Assembly (NCBI GenBank): GCA_002633005.1
Contig: NMRA01000088.1
Location: forward strand, 794,437-858,436
Reading direction: 5' to 3'
DNA length: 64,000 bases
From: Phoronis australis
Taxonomy: Eukaryota; Animalia; Phoronida
Shown: piece after piece, positions 37,601-49,600 of the stretch
Numbering within the stretch: the stretch's first letter is position 1
How the letters are laid out: every line of letters begins with the position of its first letter
The notes under the pieces: model-generated
Database searches by the model: none
What the model was told of the DNA's origin: nothing
The model's input: the letters and a program-made list of their open reading frames with translations, nothing else
Position numbers and translations under genes: made by a program

Positions 37601-40600
37601 TTTGAGGGTTATGCTGGCAAAATCAGCCCGGCATACAATTTTTTTGGATTCAGCCCCCCAAAATTAGTTAAAATCAATCATCAGATCTGCATTACCCCCA
37701 AAATGCCCTCGATAGACTATGTGTATTGGTGCAATATTGTTGTTGTCTAAAGCTATTTATTTGTGATGGATATTGTACATGTCTCTGTAGTAGATTAAAG
37801 TGTTGGACTTGAACATGTCTCCAAAACCAATGAGCCGTTAAGTCAACTTGACAACTGACGCCTAGTCGCACCGCCTTTAGCTATTAACATTGGTGTGACT
37901 TTTTTCATGTATTCACGCCAGTAACCAAGCCATACAGTTATTGTTTGGTTTTCCGAATCTGATATATCCCTACATTCACTCAGGCAAAACCACTTCTCTG
38001 GCAATGATAAATTAAAGGAGAGAAACCTCTTTGCTTTATCTCAAGTTACACTTTTGAAAATATAAGTTACCCAGAAAGTACCATAGGAACCCATCGGGGC
38101 AGATTATTAGCTCTGTTTGGACATGACACAGTGAAAATTTGTTGTCTAGTAGTAGACAGGCCTGTTTAGTCATAGTGTGAATGTGGCTTTAGAACTTTCT
38201 AGAATGAAGCATGTGGATCTCAGCAGATCGAAGTCAGTTGTTTCTAGTTTAGCTAAGAGTTGATGTCTCAACATCAAATATTTCCAACTCGTTCTTTCTC
38301 TTCCTGTAGGCGGTCGTGGACGAGTTTGACGGTCGTTTGATTGACGGTACACTAGACGGCAGCGGTCGCTACCAGCTGGACGTGGACGTCAACACGGTGA
38401 CGTTTAACCACCACCATCTGTTCAGCCGCGAGCACGTTCTCGCCTCTAAACTGACGGAGCTGTGTAGTCAGCACCTTGAGAAACGCAACAGCCAACGCAT
38501 CAACTATCTCATCGATAAGGTATGACTTCCTTCAACCAGTCTTAAGCGACACAATCCACTCGTCTGTTAGATTATTTTTATCAACATCTCAACATCTGGA
38601 ACCCCTGTAAGTCATTATTGCCAGCTTTTCTACTTTTTAGTTCATATATTTCTTCGACAATCATCAGAGCTTGAAACCACGTAACTTTACTTAGAATTAA
38701 ACTAGATCACTGTCCAATTACATGGATTGAAATTTGTTTTCTAAAACCATGCAGTGCAATTAGACAGTTTTCAATTCTCGAGTAATATTCGGTCGTCGTG
38801 GTTTCCTGTTGAATGACAAATGCTATTCACTACTCACATGAATTCGCCATTATGCTTTAAACCGAGGTGTTGTGTCCAAACTACAATGGTGGTGCATGTG
38901 TCAAACCCGCGCGCTTTCACGTTTGCATTGTCAAAACTGATGCTAAAGCAAGGCATTGTGTAATAAATAACAAGGCGCAACAATCATTTTTGCAGCTTCA
39001 AGCGCTGAAGGCGGCCTCTGTGCACATCCAGGATGCCCTAGCCAAACTCAGCCCAAAGACGGGCGAGGCTGACAACCAGCAGCTGAGAGATATGAAGGCG
39101 AGGCTTGAGGACTACAAGTATGAGATCAGGTACAACGTAGGTTAATAATGGCCGACTGGATGTTTGGTGTATGTGGCGCTGATGGAGAAGAGATCCTGTT
39201 TTTATAGTTTGAATGAACTGAGAACCAAATATTTATTGCTGACATGAAACAAGTGTGAGTAACAGTGCTGTGTGGCTTGAATGCTTGTATTTCTGTAACA
39301 TAGTTCATGCATCCTTGAAAAGGCTCGGAATTTTGACCCCCATCCTTGAAATGACCCTAAACTAGAATCTAGACCATGTATAGGCGGAAATATTGGCTTG
39401 CTCATGCCCCCCTCGTGAATCCGGGTGTTACCGACTGGTTTGTATGCGCAGGCTTGGGTCTTGAGTTATTTTGTAAGAAGTAATGTTCCCATGTAAATGT
39501 GATCAAGGTACTTAGTGTCTGTTCTCAGTGAGGTTCTGAGTCAAATACACCATCTCACTTTCTGGTGTAAAACTTGAAAATATAGCAAAATGAATGTAAT
39601 TTTGCACGATTAAGAAATACAACCATGTCGTATTTCTAAAAATGTGAGGAATGGCCGCCATAACTTTCGAGGTTCTTAAATGAGGGTGACAATGTGGCTG
39701 TAATTTTCAAGTGCCTGTGGCAGAGATGATGTAATTGTCAAGTGCCTGTGACAGAGATAATGTAACATAGATGTAATTTAGGTATTTGTGTGGAAACGTG
39801 TCCAATATTTCTGCGACGTTATATATTTTACGTCTACTTTCAGGCAAGCCCGTAAAGCTCGCAATGCCGAATGGAAGGGTGAACAGGATCTACTGCGCAA
39901 TATCATACGAACGTGGAAGGCGTTGAAGGAACTACGCGTCAAACAAACTTACACCAACACGACTGTCAAACTACAGATTAGGAAGTGAGTTCAGCGTGCG
40001 ATGGGTTGCTGTGACTATGTTCATGCTTCCTGTGTGTTTAAGCTCAAGGGCACTGTCTAGTAGTGCCATGGTGTGTTCACTCATGGAACTACAGTCTACG
40101 TCCAGCCAAATTGTCACGTACAGTAATGAACCCATCAGTTTGTCAAGTCTTTCCAAGCTCATAAACCATAAACTGAGTTGGGTACAAATTGAGATTTGTT
40201 TGTATCAATAAGTGGTCCAATTGAAAAGTTTGTCTTTTTGACATTTAATGGTTTTTTATTTAAGTGGCTTTAAACCCATGTTTCATAAAAAAACTCAACT
40301 TTTGCTATAAAACTTGCTTCAACTTGAACCTCTCGCAGATGAGAAGGGGTTTGTGAGCTTGGAAAGAACTGAGGGTTTCTTATTATCTGAGATCAAACTT
40401 CATGCATGAGACGACTCCCTGTGACTAGCCAAAGTATGTAGATCTCTAACCCAGAACTCTCTTGTTTGACTAAAAAGGGTTGAGACTAATTTCATCAGGG
40501 TAAATTGTCTAAATCAAAAGCTGGTTTATGTGATGGAAGGCGTGTTTATAGACGGTTTAAGGGTATGTAGGACTTAAGTGTAATGTCTCAATTTTGGCCA

Positions 40601-43600
40601 TCTTCGGAACACCGTATCTCAGAAATGGTTGGTGAGATTTTCACGAAACTCTCAGTTACTATGCTTTATGCGTTATTCTCCAAAACGCTGTAAGGGATTG
40701 TTTGTAAAATGCTCCAGATTTGAACGAGGGGTTATCAAAAATAGGACTTACATGATTTTTATGATAAGGTTTTAAAGTTGCATAAAACGGAAACGAAACG
40801 ATAATTTAGAAAAGTGTAACGGCCTTTTTAAGATTTCATCTTAACCACTTATATCATGCGAAATTTATTTAGTCATGTTATTGATCCTGTTGTTTTGCTA
40901 TAAATGTTTGTCTCCTTGTTACTGAATTTTACTAGATATTTGGCTAAATGTGCAATCTTGAAGATAAGGTCCTTCATAATTTTTATATGAAAAAATTTTA
41001 ATGTTCATTTGTTTACTGTTAAGCTCGTCTATGATAATCCTAAGGCCTGTCTCATTGTCGCTTGACCTCAAACATGACCTCAAACATGACCTCTCAACCT
41101 GCAGAGAGAACACCAATAAGGAGCTGGAAGAGTCGTCATGGCAACAGGACTTGGAGGAGGAGCTGTTGGAGTTGCGACAGGAGTTTGAAGAGAACTATCA
41201 GCAGGAGATGGTCAAGTACAGGGAGAAGATGGACGCGTTCAAGAAGCAGAAAAAGGCTAAGGTAGCGTGTTGATCTGTTTTTGACCGTGTTTTCGAAGCT
41301 AAGTTAAAGGCGTGTTAGTCCACTTTTCTTGAAATAATAGTTATGAGTTTTGTTTGTATTAAGTTTGCTGACACTTTACACCAGGGGACTTAATATGTGC
41401 TTTGTTGTGCCCATGAAGAAGGGGTGGAATTCTTATTATCCAAATGGAGTGAGAACAAAGTTATTCACATGCTTGGGGATGGAATGCATTTCGGTCTTGA
41501 GCGGCGTCAGTGCTCTACAATGTTGCTCAGTTTTGTGGACAGTTGAAAGTCCATCGGCTGCCATCACAAAAGATCAGGCTTCTGAATTTGGTGTGTTTTC
41601 CTGGGGATTATGGAGATCACTGTCTGTTTTGTTGAGCCCTGTTAAAGTAAGCACAGCTTAAAAAAGGCTTTATGGCCTCGGCTAAGAAAGTGTTTTGTTA
41701 CCCCTTGTTGATTTTGTCTAGCAGTTTCTCAAATGGACAACGAAATCAATGCATTTGTATAGGTAAGACAGTTTATTTACTAGCGCCACCTAGTGAACTT
41801 CAAGCTTCGCACTGCAATGATGTTGCATTATTTCTGGACTCACAATCTTGATGAAATTAGAATGCCTCACGTTACATAAAAATTACATGGCAACAGCGTG
41901 GTAAAGTGGAATTTAAACTATTGGTCCTCAGGGTGCTAGGTGTTGGCGGCACTAAGCTGCCTTCTGTTATTGGTTGAGGATTGCATTTCTTCATCATGAC
42001 AGTAGGTTATTGTAGTATCCCTTCGTAACAGATGTTTTTCCTTGCCAGAAAGAGGCTAATACACGACAGAACAAACGAGAGCGCAAGCGAGAACAGCAGG
42101 GAGAGGAAGCGGGAAATGAAGAGGAGGTGGACGAGGAGGCTGCGGAGAAAGAGAGGGTGAGTTGTGGCGCCTCCTGGTGGGGGAGGGGAAGTAATGAAAA
42201 GTGTGACTCGGATTTATTTTCTGCACCAGCGATAGATCCACTATGTGGCAAAATGCAAATTCTAGATGACCGCTCTATGTTTGCCCAACAGAAATTTCAT
42301 CCCATCTTGGGACACAGGTTGTACCTATAACTGCTGCTACATCATGAAAACTGTTGTTAAAGAAATTAATTTTATCGTGCATACATACATACATCAATGC
42401 AAAAGCAATGAATTTTAAATTTCAAAAATCTTTTCTGTCAGGAAGAGGAACTCCAAGACCAACAAACACTCCAACAGGAGGATCTAGTCAAACCCACTGT
42501 GCCGACCAAGTACGACGAGGCTACCCAACGGCAGGAGGCAGAGGAGAGGATGAGGGCGATACGCCGACCCCCGGGCCAGCCTAAACTGTTCCCAGAACTG
42601 GTGCACACAGCCGTGATAACTCCGGCAACACAATGTCCTAAGTAGGTAGTGGTTAGGTCTATGGATGAATAAATATTTAAGTATTCAAGAGACATATTCC
42701 GCAATGTAGAAGTCTTATGTGCCTAATTTTGTTAAAGAAACTATCCCTAAGTTTGGGCTTACATGTCGCCATGAACAGAAACCTTCCATGCTCAACTTGA
42801 TGGCCAATCTCTTGAGACCAGACGCAGGAATGGACAGTGACGTCATATTCAGTCTCACAGCTGCTTTCAGCTCTGTTTGATTACTAGGAAGTGCACATGT
42901 TATGTAATCAAGGTGGTGTTATGTAGTGGTGGGGGTGAAAGTTCTTAGAAAAAACAAATACGTTTCTGTGTGTGCGTCACTTGAGCAAGCTTTTAGGGTA
43001 AAACTGCTCTGCTGCCTATTCTGTAGAGTGACACAATACACTAGCGAATTTCACGCTTAGTTTTCAGGAGACATTGTTGTTTATTGCGAGCAAAACGCGC
43101 TATCAAACAAGCTTCACTCGCGAGATTCGTGCACCTGCTGAACTTGATTTAGTTGCGAGCTGGTCTTAGTCACAAAAACTAACTTTTGAGTTTGGCCACT
43201 TACCATTAGGACATTGGCCTTAAATTATCCTTCTAATGAGTAAGAAGTGATGTGTTGGCTTGGTAAGAACTGTCAGTTCATTAATGCTTGAGGTCAGGCT
43301 GTGTACATTGTATTGTTACGACTGGTTCTTTCAAGCGCCCGGTATGGTCTGAACCAGTGAGGAACTGTCTATTGTCCAGAAACTTTTAAACTGAATTTGG
43401 AACTCCTTGGTATAATTTTTATAATCACCGTAAGTGATGTCAATCATTTCTTTGACAGAGTGCTGGTTTATTTAAGCTTTTAAAGCATGATTTGCGTTTG
43501 TAAAGCATGCCTTTGTCCTACTTCAAAGTACATTCAGATCAGCGAAAGAAAGCCACTGCCTTTTGGCTAATTACTGAACATTATTGCCATTTGATAACGT

Positions 43601-46600
43601 GTTTGGTTGCCGTTTCCAGATTCGAGGTGGCACGTCGTGAGGAGGTGGTGAAGACAAAATTGTTTGTCAAGGTGCTATTTAACAACAAGGTCGTCGCGAG
43701 GTCATCCACAAAGTAGGTCAATTGATGATGTCGAATATCAAAGAAACACTTCGGTGTTTTGTAAACTGACCAGTAGTCGAAGCTAATGTGCAAAAAATGG
43801 GTACACTCGTCAGGCTAACATTCAACTGTTGCACGATATTTGTGCTGCATTTTGGAAACCCATTCAGGGCTTGACACTTACCGTGGTATCAATTCGTCAA
43901 ATACAACCTGGCAATATTCCCAGGTAGCCAAACAGGAACTAAGGTTGCCAAATCAAGGAAACCCGGTATGTGGGGTTGTGAAAGTCGTAGCCAATGCAGA
44001 CAATTCATTGGCACGTGTTGCCTGTGCATGACTATAAATGGGCTCTTATCATTTTTAGCTAGCAATTAGTATTCTTGTTTGCTTACTTCTTGTAGTATTT
44101 CTAGTGCATGCTGGGATGCGTGTACGGTGACTTTGTGCCAGCTTGGGATTTTTGTCAGGTCGCCAAACTAAGTCTGAGGTCGTGTTGGTGACCTGCAGGT
44201 CTTTAATCAAGCCCTGCTATTAATTGTGCAAGTTACTGTTATTGTAAGAAATGTCTATTTTGTATTGAATGTTTTGTTTTAATGTGAGGATTAGTGTCCT
44301 TTTAATTCCTTGTGTCATAGTGTAACACAAACCTTTTTGTATGGATATTGTTTCTTATTGAAACCATTTTTTATAACGAACTTTCCTCTTGTGTATAGTG
44401 TTCTTTGAAACATTTCTAAAATGAAGTTAGCCTTGTCAGCACATAGCACTGATCACTGCGTTTACCTCGCATTTGCTATGTTGAGACTGAAGGCAGATGA
44501 CAATAGGACTATGCTCAAAGCATGCCTGCGAATGCAAGATTTGAACATGGTACAATAACTCCACACCACTGCTCTGTACTGCCTTCTCTGCTGGCAAGAA
44601 AATGAGATTTGTTCTATGAATTTCCTTTTTGATGGTTTTTTTATTGATCTACTGCATATTTACTAAATTACAGGCAGCTATCTCAGGACTTTCGAGTAAA
44701 TTTTGCTCAAATCTTCAACATTCTCATCGTCCAATGGCCAGAGAGTGTTCGTGTTCAAGTGAGTTCATTCAATACTAGACGGCGTTGCTGAAACCTGTAT
44801 CATCTACCCTGTTGAACTGACGATGAACAGACTGAATTTGTCTGTAAGATTTTGTTTTGTTCAACTGGCTGTGACACTGTGAAATGGTCACATCTGTTGC
44901 AAACTGGGTAAAAATCTGTGTTTTACAGTCTACTCAATACTCATATTTATCACCTGTTTCCAGATCAAAAAGGCTGGCTTTTCGGTAAAAATACCTTATC
45001 TGTTATATTTAGATCTCAAATTATAGTTAGATTTTCCAACTATGGGTTCAAGCCCAATTTTAAAACAAGTTTTGCTAGCTGAATACAATTTTGAGTTGTT
45101 GCGTTAAAGTCATTAGTTCCAAGTTCCTGTCAGAAATGAATGCCATCTGGTGTCTGTTGCAGATCTTTGAGGCCCGAGGCCTGGCCGGTGCTGACATGAT
45201 CTCAGAGGTCTACGGCTGTATTCCTCAGGCCACTATGTCGACCAGTAACGTGGAGCTAGAGGATGTCGAGTTTAGCAGTGAGCGCGTCGTACGGCATAAA
45301 CACAACGGTGTTGGATCAGGTAAGTCGCAAGAGACGAATAACGTGACAGGGCAGTTAGCCTGTGCCTTCTGTCGAAAAATTAACTTTTGATTTAGGCCAA
45401 TTACTGTTATATGTGTGAATGTGTTGATTTTGGTAGGTCATTAACTGCCCGCCTGTCTATTTACAGGTGTGCCATTTGGGTTCTTGGAAGTTGATGAGAC
45501 CATGGACATTACCACCCTGTTGACATCTGGCACGGTGTCGTTGTCTGTCGCGTGGGCTGTAGACGATGACGGAAATGTACTGGTGCCTCCGCATCAGACG
45601 TCAGACTCCATATTTAGGTAGGTCACGTGTCGTATGTTATTTAAATCGGAGATCATTTTGCGGCATCTTCAATTGCTCACAATCAACAATATGAGCTGTC
45701 AGTACCAGGGTGGGGGATTCTGTGGACAGATTCATAAGTATTCTGGATGGATCTCAAATGTAGTAGTTGATGTCTGTAAGATCTTGGACTAGGGATTAAA
45801 TTCTGCGCTGATGCAGGATACTCCTCTTGATCCAGTTTTCAAATTGAAAATGCATTGGGGTCTAGGATTTGATCGGCCTCGGTATTCATGGAATGGTCAG
45901 CTTCTGTGTTGTTTCAGTGCTATCCCTGAAGAGGCCACCCTCATTTTAAATATCACAATAATAAATAAATAAATAAATAAATTCTCTACATTTCCATAAT
46001 TCAACACTACATCTGCAGATCAAAATGATCAACTTCAAAGAAAGATTAAATGCGAATGAAGTGATTTAGTAAAGCCAAAACTAACACCTATGAGCTCCAT
46101 TCTGGTCACAGTGAAACCAAAGAAAACAGGATTCTAGTGGTAATTTGCCTTATTTCACGAGTCATCGTTGCAATTAAGTTAAATCACAACTTTGGACTCT
46201 TGCCATTGTGTGAAGCAGGATGTCCCAAGGTAATAGCCATATCACCTAAGAAGTGCAAAATATAATTTAAATAGAGTTTGTTTTATTCAGCTGCTATAAA
46301 AAGCACTAAAAATGTTGGCCATGATATTCACATGCTGTAACTTAAAAATTGCAATGCTATGCAGTCGCCATTGCTTTGTCTACAATTCTGTTCTTGTCTC
46401 TGCCCATAGTGCCATGAAAATGGTTGACGCCCTGTCAGCCATCGGTGCCTCTGCTGCTACGGACCTCGACAAGTTGTCCAAGTGGATGGTGGAGTCCAGG
46501 CTCGACCCTAATGACCCCAGTAATGCTGACCTTGTCTATATGATGAAGGTAGGTCACCGTGTTGTAGTCTTGATTTTGGAAATGAGCTAGATGCAGCAAA

Positions 46601-49600
46601 AGTAGACAGTGTGCATTATCATTCATCTGGGTCAACTACCTGATTTGTGTTTTATATTTAGATAATAAAAAGTTCTGTAATTTTCTTCTGATGCTGCTGA
46701 ACTGTGTGTCTCCTGCTAAAGATTGGTTCCCACGAAAATCATATTGCCTTCTGTCGGTGCTCCTGGACAGCGTTAATTGTGGCATAAGGTCACTTTTGTA
46801 AGAAAGGCCTTCAATTTTAATTGACTTGTTTCCAGCCAATGGCAAGCTGATATGATGGCCTTTGACCTCTTTCATTTAACCTTTACTCAAACCATGACTC
46901 ATGTCATGATTTGCAGGGTGAATTCTGGCAGAGATTCTATGGTTATATTGAGCCGGTTTCGGAGGCCCAAAAATTTACAACTTCAACGTAAATGATGATA
47001 GAAGTGCATCGAAATGACAGTCATTCTTGAGTTTCATTTACCAGATAGTACCTTCATGGAAAACTAGAACTCGAGTTTTTCCTTGTGACAAACGCAAGTC
47101 ACGTCGAAAGAACAACACTTGCCATAGTAATGTATTTCTTGTGCTCCCAGGTTGTGTGCGTGAGCAATACTACCTTAGTGAAAGACAGCATACACTGCAA
47201 GACAAAGTAAATAGATAAAAGTTTGTTTCCCCGTATCGACTGGTAATGGCTGTCATGGCTCCAAATTTGTAATTACAGAATGGTTCAGCCACCTTACTAA
47301 CTTCCTTTTCATTCTTGGTCATGAGGGAAGGCTACTCTGGTCCAGTCATCATAACAGGGAGTTCTGGGTCATTTTGTCTCAATGCTTTTGGTATGTACTG
47401 TAGGTCCTGCCTCTGCTAAACACTGACCTCTGTTATGTTTCTCAAGCCAATGGCAGGTGGTGGTGGTGGCCTTCACATGCCCGAGTATTTCCGCCTGGAG
47501 CAGCTGCAAGAAGAGTTCAACCTCTGCTCTGACGAGGATCTGGAGAACTCGCGACGGTTCCGGCTCATTCAGCTGCGCGAACAGGAAGTGGCGGAGTTCA
47601 AGAATTACAAGTATATCCCACCTTTTGACAAGGAGATACCACAAGATCTGTTTGATGTAAGGCTTTGTTTTGGTCTGGCTTTAGATATGCTTTCATTGTT
47701 AGTTTGAAGTCTGCATGTCGTATGCCTTGATTCTTGTGTGTATTTTTTGGGTTCTCATGTTTATAACTTGACTGCTGTATTTATTTTCTTAATTTCAGAA
47801 ATTCAAAAGTTATGTTGTCAATTTTATTCCGCAGTGCAGAGTTTGTTTAAATCATACCTTTGCGTGACACCCCCAATTCGATGTGGTTCATAGTTCGGAA
47901 TCAGCCAATGATCTGATACATTTATTAGTTGTCCTGGATTGCCAGTGGCTTCCCCAAACACAGTCGGCCATCTTGAATTGTTACAGTGACTGGACTCGAT
48001 TGACTTCATCGGTTCCACTGGGTCAGCCAGCTAAGACATCTGATTGGATGTCATCAGGGACCAATCAGATGCCTTAACTGGTTGACCCGGCATACCTGGC
48101 GATGTCAATCAGATAATTGCTGTATGTCCTTAACCACAATACACTGAGAAATGTTCAACTGCAGCATACGAGGCTAGTTTCTCTGACATGTCTCACGATG
48201 TTTTCAGGTGTATGAGAAGAAGGCTAAAGAGGCGGCCCGAGTCAAGATGACGGACGACATAGAATCTCACCGTGTGGCCGTATCTAAGTTTATGCAAAGG
48301 GTGGGTGTTGGACTAGTGTTTATTATAAATAATGTATACGGTCATGGACAATGGGAGTATAAACAGCAATGTGCTGTGTAGTGCTAATGCAACATTTACT
48401 GTNNNNNNNNNNNNNNNNNNNNNNNNNNNNNNNNNNNNNNNNNNNNNNNNNNNNNNNNNNNNNNNNNNNNNNNNNNNNNNNNNNNNNNNNNNNNNNNNNN
48501 NNNNNNNNNNNNNNNNNNNNNNNNNNNNNNNNNNNNNNNNNNNNNNNNNNNNNNNNNNNNNNNNNNNNNNNNNNNNNNNNNNNNNNNNNNNNNNNNNNNN
48601 NNNNNNNNNNNNNNNNNNNNNNNNNNNNNNNNNNNNNNNNNNNNNNNNNNNNNNNNNNNNNNNNNNNNNNNNNNNNNNNNNNNNNNNNNNNNNNNNNNNN
48701 NNNNNNNNNNNNNNNNNNNNNNNNNNNNNNNNNNNNNNNNNNNNNNNNNNNNNNNNNNNNNNNNNNNNNNNNNNNNNNNNNNNNNNNNNNNNNNNNNNNN
48801 NNNNNNNNNNNNNNNNNNNNNNNNNNNNNNNNNNNNNNNNNNNNNNNNNNNNNNNNNNNNNNNNNNNNNNNNNNNNNNNNNNNNNNNNNNNNNNNNNNNN
48901 NNNNNNNNNNNNNNNNNNNNNNNNNNNNNNNNNNNNNNNNNNNNNNNNNNNNNNNNNNNNNNNNNNNNNNNNNNNNNNNNNNNNNNNNNNNNNNNNNNNN
49001 NNNNNNNNNNNNNNNNNNNNNNNNNNNNNNNNNNNNNNNNNNNNNNNCCATTGCTTTGTCTACAATTCTGTTCTTGTCTCTGCCCATAGTGCCATGAAAA
49101 TGGTTGACGCCCTGTCAGCCATCGGTGCCTCTGCTGCTACGGACCTCGACAAGTTGTCCAAGTGGATGGTGGAGTCCAGGCTGGACCCTAATGACCCCAG
49201 TAATGCTGACCTTGTCTATATGATGAAGGTAGGTCACCGTGTTGTAGTCTTGATTTTGGAAACAAGCTAGATGCAGCAAAAGTAGATGGTGTGCATTATC
49301 ATTCATCTGGGTCAACTACCTGATTTGTGTTTTATATTTAAATAATAAAAAGTTCTGTAATTTTCTTCTGATGCTGCCGAACTGTGTGTCTCCTGCTAAA
49401 GATTGGTTCCCACGAAAATCATATTGCCTTCTGTCGGTGTTCCTGGACAGCGTTAATTGTGGCATGAGGTCACTTTTGTAAGAAAGGCCTTCAATTTTAA
49501 TTGACTTGTCTCCCGCCAATGGCAAGCTCATGTGATGGCCTTTGACCTCTTTCATTTAACCTTTACTCAAACCATGACTCATGCCATGATTTGCAGGGTG

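Noticed and set aside
48323-49270. Three long ORFs of 242-312 aa
   Set aside because: They span the N-gap; only the exon 20 copy at the end is coding.
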